DNA from: Nemertoderma westbladi
Taxonomy: Eukaryota; Animalia; Xenacoelomorpha
Direction of reading: 5' to 3'
Assembly: GCA_032718475.1 (NCBI GenBank)
Contig: JAUCBJ010003051.1
Location: forward strand, 1 to 33,340
DNA length: 33,340 nt
Position 1 is the stretch's first letter; each line of letters begins with the position of its first letter. This document shows, piece by piece, positions 1 through 11,583 of this stretch. The translations under genes and the position numbers were made by a program. The notes beneath the pieces were generated by a model. It searched no databases, was not told where the DNA came from, and saw nothing but the letters and a program-made list of their open reading frames with translations.

Positions 1-720
1 AACGATTCAATAACATCAACTAAAAAAACAGATGAGACTGGATCTAACCAGACAAGTACCGGCAGCCTCAGCGGTACATCGGTGGCTAATAACGATAGAG
101 ATCAACTTTTCGGTAAAACGTCCAGTAACTCCGAAACTGCTTGTGAAACCTCAACTAAATGTAGTACCGAAAGACCTGATTTAAAACTCAAACCGACATC
201 GAATCTTCAACAGGGTAAAGTGGAGATTATCGAAACATTCGATTTCGCTGGGGAATCTGTTGAGGTAACTCGAGTTGTTGACGCTCATAGTCGGAAGGCG
301 AAAGACTCCTTAATGGTGGATCGGTGTGGTGATAGCAGCTCGGAGGGAAGGGTCGTTTCGAAGGGTCACTACGCTCCAGCGAGCGGCCCTGGGGCTGGGG
401 GCGCAGTGGTGGGGGGCGGAGTCGTCGTGGGTGGCGGAGTGGTGGGGAGCGGAGTCGTGGGGGGCGTAGGTGGGGCAAAGCGTAATGGAGGCATCGGGGA
501 TCTTTTAAGTCAGATAAAAAAGAAACCAAAAATGAGTTGTTTAATTAAATCTAAATTAGACTGGAATGACTTTAAAGAGAAGGAAGGTTTGACTGAGGAC
601 CTCAGCGCATATAATAAAAGTTCTGGTACCTATTTGGATAGACAAGCTTTCTTACAACGAGCCGATATTAAACAGTTTGAGTTGGAGAAATCTTTCAGAG
701 ATGCCAATAGGAAGAGATAG
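1..720 (+). CDS. CFDP1: Craniofacial development protein 1 / BCNT (Swc5-like SRCAP/SWR1 subunit), 3' part; start lies upstream of the window
   Basis: Frame is open from base 1 to TAG at 718-720. It contains the 'VEIIETFDFAGESVEVTRVV' block and the BCNT C-terminal domain 'KKKPKMSCLIKSKLDWNDFKEKEGLTEDLSAYNK...YLDRQAFLQRADIKQFELEK'. AATAAA at 783-788. Confidence 0.9.
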   Translation, partial: NDSITSTKKTDETGSNQTSTGSLSGTSVANNDRDQLFGKTSSNSETACETSTKCSTERPDLKLKPTSNLQQGKVEIIETFDFAGESVEVTRVVDAHSRKAKDSLMVDRCGDSSSEGRVVSKGHYAPASGPGAGGAVVGGGVVVGGGVVGSGVVGGVGGAKRNGGIGDLLSQIKKKPKMSCLIKSKLDWNDFKEKEGLTEDLSAYNKSSGTYLDRQAFLQRADIKQFELEKSFRDANRKR

Positions 721-2098
721 TTTAATTATTTTCGGTCAATTCTATATTTTATAAGTTATAAATTTACCACAAGTCTATAGTAAATAAATTGGAACAAATT
801 AGGCCTTTCCTTTCTATAAATTTACAGCTGTTAGGAATGTCGACTAATGTTAGCTGACATTTTGGAATAGGGGTGGGGTGGGGTCAGCCGTTATTTGCGT
901 CGATTTTCTCCAGGAGAGGAATTAATTTTGATAGCTTCTAGAATCTCTCCATCTATCGTAGGAGACTCAGCTTATGAAAAATACTAATTGCTAATGCTAT
1001 GGAAAAGCAGCGGCCTCTTGCAAATAGGGAGCGGCTCGTTGTGTGTAGTTTTGGTACTGCAACTGATCTATTAACGAGATTACGCTAATGTGTTGCAATT
1101 TCTGCCAATTTTTTATATACTGACCTCGGATTTATTTAGAGTGTCTTTATTTATACCTGTGATGTGATTGTGTTGTATTATTAGATTTATATTATATTAT
1201 GTATTGTATTAAGTATAAAGTTATACCGTTTTTGTATCATTAACGGGAACTCTCATTTTGACAGAGATATTATAAATGGCAGTGGAGCACTAGTTAATAG
1301 GAGTAGGATTGTTGTTAATCCCAGAGTTATTTAAAATTTAATTTTTAGTTAAAATCAAGCAACAATTAATTATAAAAATTAGTTTATGTAACATGAGAAT
1401 CCAGGTTAGTAAATGAAGTATTATTGTGCATTCCACAAAATGAAAGCCAAATCAAGTTGACCTATGACCATCCTATGTAATTAATTACAAGATGTGCCAC
1501 CTGAAACAATAGAACATAATCCAAACTGCCGACATACAACAGCTCACTAGGCCGGTAGTTAAGAAGCAATAAAACAATGTTAATGTAATACCCTGGACAG
1601 TTGTAGCCAATTACGTGCCATTACGGGTAAATTTAAGGACCACCAATGTTAAGATAGTGACACAGTTAAACGACATCCCAAAACGTGTAGATAGCGTATA
1701 GAGGATAGGATACAATATTAAAATAATATGAAATTGCTACAAACTACGTACTCGGGCTTAATACTTGCTACTTAGGTCATTTAAACAGTTTTAGTTTATT
1801 AATAATATAGTTATTTAATTCTTAAAATATTGTGAGTTAACTAAGAAATTATCTTAAGCTGTAATGCGGTCCTGGCATATACTGGGGGAGTAAATAAAAT
1901 GTTTGAATAGAGAGAGTATTCAACCTTGGGAGTAGTGTAGCGCACTCATAGCCTTAAAGGTAACAGCCAAGAGAGAGAAGCCTCCCGGTTTTACAAACAT
2001 AGTTTACAATGTTTAATTAAAAATAAAGGCTATAATGATATATATAAAAATATAATAATGTAAATGACTATAAACGGTCAAAATATGTTAATCTAAAA

Positions 2099-3889
2099 TT
2101 AAAATAGATTTATTGATTCCACCTTCAGTTGTTTATCTATATCCACTATATCGTTACCATAACAACCGCCATCGTCTTCCCACAACTTTTTAAACCATGG
2201 CGCCGTCTCCATAGCAACCATATACTTGTGGTTTTTCTTGGCGGCGGTTGCTATGGGAACTGATTTACTGCTGTAGGTTTGCTGGTCGTCCGGTGACGCG
2301 TTGCTCCAATGGGGCGCCGTTAGGAGCAGTTGGGAGTCCGTCTCCATGGCAGCGAGTAGCGCCTCCCTGCGGGTCTCCGCGTGGCGAGTAGCGCCAGTGA
2401 CCGCCAGATGGCGCTTGAGTCGATCGTACGCGTCGTTATGGAGACCGGCGAGTTGCTCCTCGTCTAGTTCCCTCGGCACGAACGTCCGTCGTTCCTGTTG
2501 GATCGTCTCGACCAACTGACGACGCCGCTCGGCCGATACGCCGGTCGGGCCCTTCCAGACCCTGGCGGCCCGTCGTCGACGCCGCTCCAACCACCGTCGG
2601 ACGCACCGCTGGATGAGTCGCGCCGAGCGGTTCCGCGCGAGCGACTCGCGTTGCTCCCGGAAGGATTCGCGCGTCCGTCGCCCGCGCCAGCGGGACTGGA
2701 TCGCCGTAGCGGCGCGCACCTCCACGCCCTCCATGTGCCGGTCGACCTGCCGCGCCGGGAGACCTTCTAGAACCTCGAGCTGCTGCTCGTGGAACCTGCG
2801 GATTCGTTGCCGCCTTGCCGCGAGCAGTTGGTTCTCGAGTTCCTTAGCCAGGTGTTCCTGTTCCCTGCGGCGTTCCTTCACGTCGAGTTTAGTTCGGAAC
2901 GAGCGCTGGAGGGTCGCGATCGCACGGTCAACTCGTCGCATCTCAACCCGCGAGCGGTGAGACCGCCACGTGGCCTGGATCCTCGCAGCGGCCCGATCGA
3001 CTTCCTGGAGCTCCGCCGTTCGCGAACTCTGGACGTCAAGTAGATCTCGGAGGTTCTCCAAGTCTGGCTGGAATCCACGGCCGTCCCATCTGTTTAGAAG
3101 GAATAACAGCCCCTTGTAGCGGTTCGTGTAGGTGAGCAGAAGTGGGGGATGGCATTGCGCCAGCGTGTAGAGTGCACGACAGGATGCCGCCGCCACTTCG
3201 GGATGACAACGTGACGATAGTTTGTAAACGAGTTCGTCCAGTAAACTCACAGTTACTTCCTCTGGCAGGTTCGGGAGAACCGTGCGGTTGATCCGGCAGC
3301 ACTGTGATATAACCGCGATAATTTTACATGCTGTTTTTATGTCGTCGGTAATTAACATTTTGCAGAGGAGAGGCGATCGAGAAACTACGCCAACCAAATC
3401 GGGGTAAATCGAGTATAAATTGCTCAAAGAGTCGATGACTTGGGAGAATAATTCGGGTAGATTCTCGTTCATCTGTTCGAGGAGGCCGCCTCCCAGTGTT
3501 TCCTCTCGTTCCTGAATGCGTCGCGCGAGGAACAGGAGAACGTCCACCGATTTAGGGAGGATTTCCCCGGTAAACTCATCGCGTTTTTCCTCCACGTCGA
3601 CTCCGGTACAACAGCTACTCAGCAGATTCGCCAACCGCGCAGCTGTCGTCCAGCCGCCTTTGACGCTCACAAAGTCCTGTCGCAACGCTGCTATAATCAC
3701 CTGGAGTAGTCCCACATCGTAGATGAGTTTCTTGGCGCGCGGAAATTCCCGGGAACCCTGAGGGAAGTGATCGAACACGTCCGATTTAAGTTGTAGTAGT
3801 TGAGACGGAACCAGGTAATCCCGGGCGTCCGCCACAGATTCTGCTAATTTGTAGATATTTGTTTTATAGTTCAGATTATCGCCGTCCAT
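2099..3889 (-). CDS. IQCB1: IQ calmodulin-binding motif-containing protein 1 (nephrocystin-5) homologue, 596 aa, single ORF
   Basis: IQ motifs (AARIQATWRSHRSR, AIATLQRSFR, ATAIQSRWRGRRTR, ARLIQRCVRRW), a coiled coil, the N-terminal 'LRQDFVSVKGGWTTAARLANLLSSCC' block and C-terminal 'PWFKKL'. Length is close to the vertebrate protein; start context aaaATGG. Confidence 0.88.
   Translation of the reverse strand: MDGDNLNYKTNIYKLAESVADARDYLVPSQLLQLKSDVFDHFPQGSREFPRAKKLIYDVGLLQVIIAALRQDFVSVKGGWTTAARLANLLSSCCTGVDVEEKRDEFTGEILPKSVDVLLFLARRIQEREETLGGGLLEQMNENLPELFSQVIDSLSNLYSIYPDLVGVVSRSPLLCKMLITDDIKTACKIIAVISQCCRINRTVLPNLPEEVTVSLLDELVYKLSSRCHPEVAAASCRALYTLAQCHPPLLLTYTNRYKGLLFLLNRWDGRGFQPDLENLRDLLDVQSSRTAELQEVDRAAARIQATWRSHRSRVEMRRVDRAIATLQRSFRTKLDVKERRREQEHLAKELENQLLAARRQRIRRFHEQQLEVLEGLPARQVDRHMEGVEVRAATAIQSRWRGRRTRESFREQRESLARNRSARLIQRCVRRWLERRRRRAARVWKGPTGVSAERRRQLVETIQQERRTFVPRELDEEQLAGLHNDAYDRLKRHLAVTGATRHAETRREALLAAMETDSQLLLTAPHWSNASPDDQQTYSSKSVPIATAAKKNHKYMVAMETAPWFKKLWEDDGGCYGNDIVDIDKQLKVESINLF
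2153..2353. promoter_or_regulatory. Cluster of four RFX X-box-like motifs within the IQCB1 CDS
   Basis: GTTACCATAACAAC 2153-2166, GTCTCCATAGCAAC 2205-2218, GTTGCTATGGGAAC 2247-2260, GTCTCCATGGCAGC 2340-2353. Confidence 0.55.
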
Positions 3890-4254
3890 TTTGATTCAAA
3901 CGTTAAAGTTTGTGCTAACGACAGCAGAACTTAGCAACTAACTAATGAAAAAATAATGCAAAATAAAAGGCAAAAATAATTTAGGCTACCTTTTATATAC
4001 TTAATTTTCTTTATATTTATAATGATTTTTGACACAATGAACTTGTCGCTGAAAGCGGTACGAGAACTGAATACATCTAAATGCCCAATTATAAATAAAT
4101 TACTTTGTAAACAAATATTGTTTTTTTTAAACGGTGTGGCACACAGGTAGCCTACCTTACTTACGTTATAATATATATTATTATTATATATATATATACT
4201 TACTGCCAACTATCAGTCGTAGAGTAGAATAGAAGTAATTTGTTTGCGATGGAG

Positions 4255-4267
4255 GTATCCTAGCAAC
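4255..4267. promoter_or_regulatory. Candidate RFX X-box upstream of IQCB1
   Basis: GTATCCTAGCAAC about 370 bp upstream of the ATG; a further TAGCAAC half-site at 3932-3938. Ciliary genes are typical RFX targets. Confidence 0.4.
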
Positions 4268-4426
4268 CTAGAAGTTATGTCAGCTGATTTTGAGCTCAAT
4301 CAGCTATCATGCTGTTGACGGGTGCTACAACGTACAACGACCAAGGTGTATTACCTAATAGTTCAGTAGAATTGCAATAGAGTGTGAGGCCCGTTAACTT
4401 GGAAATGAAAACTAATTTGCTTTAAG

Positions 4427-4471
4427 TGGGTGGGGGGGGGGGGGGGGGGGTGTAGCCCCCCCCCCCCCACC
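4427..4471. repeat. Poly-G/poly-C hairpin, probably in a DNA transposon remnant
   Basis: ggtg-(G)n-tgtag-(C)n-acc self-complementary run. Confidence 0.6.
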
Positions 4472-4674
4472 TACGCTTTTTTATATTTTATATTTTTTTT
4501 ATATTTTTTATGTCTTCAATGTGGTTGAAAAATGCATAGGAAACGATATACCGTCGAAAAGAGAATCATCAAAAGTGCATAAAAAATTTGAAAAAAACAA
4601 CTTTTTGCGCCCCCTAGCGGCCTGCGTCAGATTTTAAAAATTTCACTAAAAAGATTAAACTCCTCGGTCATTTA

Positions 4675-7600
4675 CGGTGGTGATTTGAGGCCTTCTCCCT
4701 TTTACCTTAATTAAATAATTTTACTCTTTACCTTCCAAATAATTTTACTCTTTACCTTTTTCAATAATTTTATTCTTCACCTTCCAAATAATTTTACTCT
4801 TCACCTTTTTCAATAATTTTACTCTTTACCTTTTTCAATAATTTTACTCTTTACCTTTTTCAATAATTTTACTCTTTACCTTTTTCAATAATTTTACTCT
4901 TTACCTTTTTCAATAATTTTATTCTTCACCTTCCAAATAATTTTACTCTTCACCTTTTTCAATAATTTTACTCTTTACCTTTTTCAATAATTTTACTCTT
5001 TACCTTTTTCAATAATTTTACTCTTTACCTTTTTCAATAATTTTACTCTTTACCTTTTTCAATAATTTTACTCTTTACCTTTTTCAATAATTTTACTCTT
5101 TACCTTTTTCAATAATTTTACTCTTTACCTTTTTCAATAATTTTACTCTTTACCTTTTCCAATAATTTTACTCTTTACCTTTTTCAATAATTTTACTCTT
5201 TACCTTCCAAATAATTTTACTCTTTCTTTACCTTTTTCAATAATTTTACTCTTTACCTTTTCCAATAATTTTACTCTTTACCTTTTTCAATAATTTTACT
5301 CTTTACCTTTTCCAATAATTTTACTCTTTACCTTTTTCAATAATTTTACTCTTTACCTTCCAAATAATTTTACTCTTTCTTTACCTTTTTCAATAATTTT
5401 ACTCTTTACCTTTTCCAATAATTTTACTCTTTACCTTTTCCAATAATTTTACTCTTTACCTTTTTCAATAATTTTACTCTTTACCTTTTTCAATAATTTT
5501 ACTCTTTACCTTTTCCAATAATTTTACTCTTCACCTTTTTCAATAATTTTACTCTTTACCTTTTTCAATAATTTTACTCTTTACCTTTTTCAATAATTTT
5601 ACTCTTTACCTTTTCCAATAATTTTACTCTTTACCTTTTTCAATAATTTTACTCTTTACCTTTTTCAATAATTTTACTCTTCACCTTTTTCAATAATTTT
5701 ACTCTTTACCTTTTCCAATAATTTTACTCTTTACCTTTTTCAATAATTTTACTCTTTACCTTTTTCAATAATTTTACTCTTTACCTTTTTCAATAATTTT
5801 ATTCTTCACCTTCCAAATAATTTTACTCTTTACCTTTTTCAATAATTTTACTCTTTACCTTTTTCAATAATTTTACTCTTTACCTTTTTCAATAATTTTA
5901 CTCTTCACCTTTTTCAATAATTTTACTCTTTACCTTTTTCAATAATTTTACTCTTTACCTTTTTCAATAATTTCACTCTTTACCTTTTTCAATAATTTTA
6001 CTCTTTACCTTTTTCAATAATTTTACTCTTTACCTTTTTCAATAATTTTACTCTTTACCTTTTTCAATAATTTTACTCTTTACCTTTTTCAATAATTTTA
6101 CTCTTTACCTTTTTCAATAATTTTACTCTTTACCTTTTTCAATAATTTTACTCTTTACCTTTTTCAATAATTTTACTCTTTACCTTTTTCAATAATTTTA
6201 CTCTTTACCTTTTTCAATAATTTTACTCTTTACCTTTTTCAATAATTTTACTCTTTACCTTTTTCAATAATTTTACTCTTTACCTTTTTCAATAATTTTA
6301 CTCTTTACCTTTTTCAATAGTTTTACTCTTTACCTTCCAAATAATTTTACTCTTTCTTTACCTTTTTCAATAATTTTACTCTTTACCTTTTCCAATAATT
6401 TTACTCTTTACCTTTTTCAATAATTTTACTCTTTACCTTTTCCAATAATTTTACTCTTTACCTTTTTCAATAATTTTACTCTTTACCTTCCAAATAATTT
6501 TACTCTTTCTTTACCTTTTTCAATAATTTTACTCTTTACCTTTTCCAATAATTTTACTCTTTACCTTTTTCAATAATTTTACTCTTTACCTTTTTCAATA
6601 ATTTTACTCTTTACCTTTTTCAATAATTTTACTCTTTACCTTTTTCAATAATTTTACTCTTCACCTTTTCCAATAATTTTACTCTTTACCTTTTTCAATA
6701 ATTTTACTCTTTACCTTTTTCAATAATTTTACTCTTCACCTTTTTCAATAATTTTACTCTTTACCTTTTCCAATAATTTTACTCTTTACCTTTTTCAATA
6801 ATTTTACTCTTTACCTTTTTCAATAATTTTACTCTTTACCTTTTTCAATAATTTTATTCTTCACCTTCCAAATAATTTTACTCTTCACCTTTTTCAATAA
6901 TTTTACTCTTTACCTTTTTCAATAATTTTACTCTTTACCTTTTTCAATAATTTTACTCTTTACCTTTTTCCATAATTTTACTCTTTACCTTTTTCAATAA
7001 TTTTACTCTTTACCTTTTTCAATAATTTTACTCTTTACCTTTTTCAATAATTTTACTCTTTACCTTTTTCAATAATTTTACTCTTTACCTTTTTCAATAA
7101 TTTTACTCTTTACCTTTTTCAATAATTTTACTCTTTACCTTTTTCAATAGTTTTACTCTTTACCTTCCAAATAATTTTACTCTTTCTTTACCTTTTTCAA
7201 TAATTTTACTCTTTACCTTTTTCAATAATTTTACTCTTTACCTTTTCCAATAATTTTACTCTTTACCTTTTTCAATAATTTTACTCTTTACCTTCCAAAT
7301 AATTTTACTCTTCACCTTTTTCAATAATTTTACTCTTTACCTTTTTCAATAATTTTACTCTTTACCTTTTTCAATAATTTTACTCTTTACCTTTTTCAAT
7401 AATTTTACTCTTTACCTTTTCCAATAATTTTACTCTTTACCTTTTTCAATAATTTTACTCTTTACCTTTTTCAATAATTTTACTCTTTACCTTTTTCAAT
7501 AATTTTACTCTTCACCTTTTCCAATAATTTTACTCTTTACCTTTTTCAATAATTTTACTCTTTACCTTTTCCAATAATTTTACTCTTTACCTTTTTCAAT

Positions 7601-9642
7601 AATTTTACTCTTTACCTTTTTCAATAATTTTACTCTTTACCTTTTTCAATAATTTTATTCTTCACCTTCCAAATAATTTTACTCTTCACCTTTTTCAATA
7701 ATTTTACTCTTTACCTTTTTCAATTATTTTACTCTTTACCTTTTTCAATAATTTTACTCTTTACCTTTTTCAATAATTTTACTCTTTACCTTTTTCAATA
7801 ATTTTACTCTTTACCTTTTTTAATAATTTTACTCTTTACCTTTTTTAATAATTTTACTCTTTACCTTCCAAATAATTTTACTCTTTACCTTTTTCAATAA
7901 TTTTACTCTTTACCTTTTTCAATAATTTTACTCTTTACCTTTTTCAATAATTTTACTCTTTACCTTTTTCAATAGTTTTACTCTTTACCTTCCAAATAAT
8001 TTTACTCTTTCTTTACCTTTTTCAATAATTTTACTCTTTACCTTTTTCAATAATTTTACTCTTTACCTTTTCCAATAATTTTACTCTTTACCTTTTTCAA
8101 TAATTTTACTCTTTACCTTCCAAATAATTTTACTCTTCACCTTTTTCAATAATTTTACTCTTTACCTTTTTCAATAATTTTACTCTTTACCTTTTTCAAT
8201 AATTTTACTCTTTACCTTTTTCAATAATTTTACTCTTTACCTTTTCCAATAATTTTACTCTTTACCTTTTTCAATAATTTTACTCTTTACCTTTTTCAAT
8301 AATTTTACTCTTTACCTTTTTCAATAATTTTACTCTTCACCTTTTCCAATAATTTTACTCTTTACCTTTTTCAATAATTTTACTCTTTACCTTTTTCAAT
8401 AATTTTACTCTTCACCTTTTTCAATAATTTTACTCTTTACCTTTTCCAATAATTTTACTCTTTACCTTTTTCAATAATTTTACTCTTTACCTTTTTCAAT
8501 AATTTTACTCTTTACCTTTTTCAATAATTTTATTCTTCACCTTCCAAATAATTTTACTCTTCACCTTTTTCAATAATTTTACTCTTTACCTTTTTCAATA
8601 ATTTTACTCTTTACCTTTTTCAATAATTTTACTCTTTACCTTTTTCAATAATTTTACTCTTTACCTTTTTCAATAATTTTACTCTTTACCTTTTTCAATA
8701 ATTTTACTCTTTACCTTTTTCAATAATTTTACTCTTTACCTTTTTCAATAGTTTTACTCTTTACCTTCCAAATAATTTTACTCTTTCTTTACCTTTTTCA
8801 ATAATTTTACTCTTTACCTTTTTCAATAATTTTACTCTTTACCTTTTCCAATAATTTTACTCTTTACCTTTTTCAATAATTTTACTCTTTACCTTCCAAA
8901 TAATTTTACTCTTCACCTTTTTCAATAATTTTACTCTTTACCTTTTTCAATAATTTTACTCTTTACCTTTTTCAATAATTTTACTCTTTACCTTTTTCAA
9001 TAATTTTACTCTTTACCTTTTCCAATAATTTTACTCTTTACCTTTTTCAATAATTTTACTCTTTACCTTTTTCAATAATTTTACTCTTTACCTTTTTCAA
9101 TAATTTTACTCTTCACCTTTTCCAATAATTTTACTCTTTACCTTTTTCAATAATTTTACTCTTTACCTTTTTCAATAATTTTACTCTTCACCTTTTTCAA
9201 TAATTTTACTCTTTACCTTTTCCAATAATTTTACTCTTTACCTTTTTCAATAATTTTACTCTTTACCTTTTTCAATAATTTTACTCTTTACCTTTTTCAA
9301 TAATTTTATTCTTCACCTTCCAAATAATTTTACTCTTCACCTTTTTCAATAATTTTACTCTTTACCTTTTTCAATAATTTTACTCTTTACCTTTTTCAAT
9401 AATTTTACTCTTTACCTTTTCCAATAATTTTACTCTTTACCTTTTTCAATAATTTGACTCTTTCCCTTTCATCCTTTCCAAATAATTTTAGTCTTTTCAA
9501 TAAGCAACTTGGCCTTAACTGAAACAAATTAAACCGTTAAAAGCTGATACCGTTGATTCGCACTTCGTTTCGCATTATTTGGAAGGTAAAGAGTAAAATT
9601 ATTTAATTAAGGTAAAAGGGAAAAGGCCGCAAATCACCACCG
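4675..9642. mobile_element. Non-autonomous Tc1/mariner-type TIR element with an internal satellite array
   Basis: 69-bp terminal inverted repeats at 4675-4743 and 9574-9642 with 2 mismatches; TA on both sides (4673-4674, 9643-9644); no ORF in the track. Confidence 0.85.
4713..9490. repeat. 25-bp tandem satellite, about 190 copies (AATAATTTTACTCTTTACCTTTTTC) with 24- and 29-bp variants
   Basis: Directly visible; strongly pyrimidine-rich on + strand; variant units recur quasi-periodically. Confidence 0.97.
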
Positions 9643-9760
9643 TATAATTATCATTTACTTTTCTTTTCAATTAGATTTATCTGAAATCATTCACGAGTTC
9701 AGTAGTCACAAGGCTAGGAAAATGCCTTTAGTAAAGCCTAAAATTAATAGGACGATGTTT

Positions 9761-9997
9761 TGCAGAAATGTATTAACCCACATTTTGGTCAATTTGGAGT
9801 TAGTGACGTATTAAGCTGCATGGGATGATTAAAAATCATTTTAAAAAAATCTGGAGTCGAAATCACGACTAAAAAGCAGAAAGTATATTAACCCACATGT
9901 TCATTCTGCAGAAATATATTAACCCGCCACATTATTCATTGTGCTGAAATATATTAACCAACATTGTAATTCTGCAGAAATGTATTAACCAACATTT
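9761..9997. repeat. Five dispersed copies of a ~23-bp motif GCAGAAATRTATTAACCMACATT
   Basis: Copies near 9762, 9877, 9908, 9943 and 9974; related motifs near 10948-10961 (inverted) and 10988-11005. Confidence 0.7.
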
Positions 9998-10001
9998 ATG
10001 T

Positions 10002-10155
10002 AATCAATTATATGACAAGGTGTAACCAATATTAGCGAGTGTTTATATTATCTGGCTAACTAATTGTGCTACAACTGAACTACAGTGCAATCAATTATAT
10101 GACAAGGTGTAACCTATATTAGCGAGTGTGTGTGTATATTATCTGGCTAACTAAT
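10002..10155. repeat. Local direct duplication of ~65 bp
   Basis: aatcaattatatgacaaggtgtaacc...ttatctggctaactaat at ~10002-10064 and ~10089-10155. Confidence 0.85.
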
Positions 10156-10528
10156 AACTGATAATTCCGGTGTAAATCTCGTAGGAAAGAAATATTGCAT
10201 TAATTTTGCTATATTGCGATGTGCAGTATTGCATAATTAATATTGCATATTATATTACACCACATTTAGTTGTCAGTAGTATCACCATACTACTATTGGT
10301 TGTTGTTAGCACAATAGTTGTATTCTAGAATTTAAACTATAGTCATATAATCCAGCCAATATTGCTTTCATACAGACTTCATTAATTAATGTTCAGAAGC
10401 CGGCAATTTAAACACTAGTTATTACCCTGTTAGGGGAATTGATGTGTGATGTACAATACTAGCGGTCATTTATCGAACTGGTTGCTACAATTAATTATTG
10501 GTCTTAGGATAATATACGATTTGCAGAA

Positions 10529-10538
10529 GGGGGTGGGT

Positions 10539-10585
<47 letters not shown>

Positions 10586-10621
10586 GTGGGTGTGTGTGTG
10601 TGTGTGGGGGGGGGGGGGGGG
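10529..10621. repeat. Compound (GT)n / poly-G microsatellite
   Basis: Two GT tracts, each followed by a G run. Confidence 0.95.
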
Positions 10622-11148
10622 ATGTTAATATTCATGATAAACTTCTAAGATAATTCATCGCCCAGGTTACGGGAGCAATCATAGTTATATAAGTTTAATG
10701 TGGTCTATATCACGTAATCGTAATCGGTATATTATATTCATGATACTTCGAATTTGTTCTCTATACTATTGGCCAGTTCAAGAGAGGTGTGAGCGATCAA
10801 CGCTAGCGATGATTTGGTTCGAGACCAGGGTCCATGAAGGTATTTTTTGGCACTTGGGCTATTGTCACTAAAATCTTAGTGTCGAAGTTTGTACAATAGA
10901 ATGTTTGGCTTTAAAACACATCGTGCGTTTTAGAATCCGTTGATTTGTACATTTCTGCAAAAATAAATAATGACGAATCTCTGTTTTGCAGTAATGTACC
11001 AACCCTCAAAATGTTGTATAATTTTGCAACAAACAACTTTATGGCGTTAAATTATTCAATAAAACACCAGAGATTGCCACAAAACTGTCTGGGATTTTAT
11101 TATAACACTGAAACTTTGAGGTAATTTTTCTCAAAATACTTCGTAGGA

Positions 11149-11429
11149 CGAAGCAGGACCTTTATCGCCCCTGGAACCTTATCGCCCCTATAAAATGCAT
11201 TTTTGTTGGGAACTTATCGCCCCCCTGTTCTCAGTTTTTAGGAACTTATCGCCGCTGCGTCTTTATCGCCCCCGAGTCTTTCCCATTAGGATACATTCCC
11301 TCAACTTTCCCATAATTCCTCGAAGTCACATATTTTACTGTAGTTATAGTTTACATTTATATTTATACTCGAAATAGTTTCAGTTAGAGGAGGCCTACAA
11401 TTATAAATTATATTATTCATATTTTCAAT
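11149..11429 (+). repeat. Dispersed composite repeat, copy A left part (TTATCGCCC motif-rich)
   Basis: Aligns by eye with 14851-15114 (cgaagcaggacctt...gaggaggccta...ttcaat). Confidence 0.8.
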
Positions 11430-11583
11430 ATGTATAATAACCAGTATGTGTGTACATCACAGGCTAATACATAATAAGGGAGTTAGTTGGATGCGGCTTT
11501 GTTAAAAGGAGGAGTAAATCGGATTTTGTATGTTATTATTAGATAAATTTATCTGGTGATAATCTGGTGATAATTATTATGAA

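Noticed and set aside
82-84. GTG start for CFDP1 given by the ORF track
   Set aside because: The frame is open to base 1; the real start is outside the window.
2301-3722. Several antisense or alternate-frame ORFs over IQCB1
   Set aside because: By-products of GC-rich coding sequence; no recognisable motifs.
4713-9490. CRISPR-like array
   Set aside because: Units are contiguous with no unique spacers, no cas genes are present, and the context is eukaryotic.
10446-10628. 60-aa ORF with CVCV/GGGG
   Set aside because: Translation of a microsatellite.
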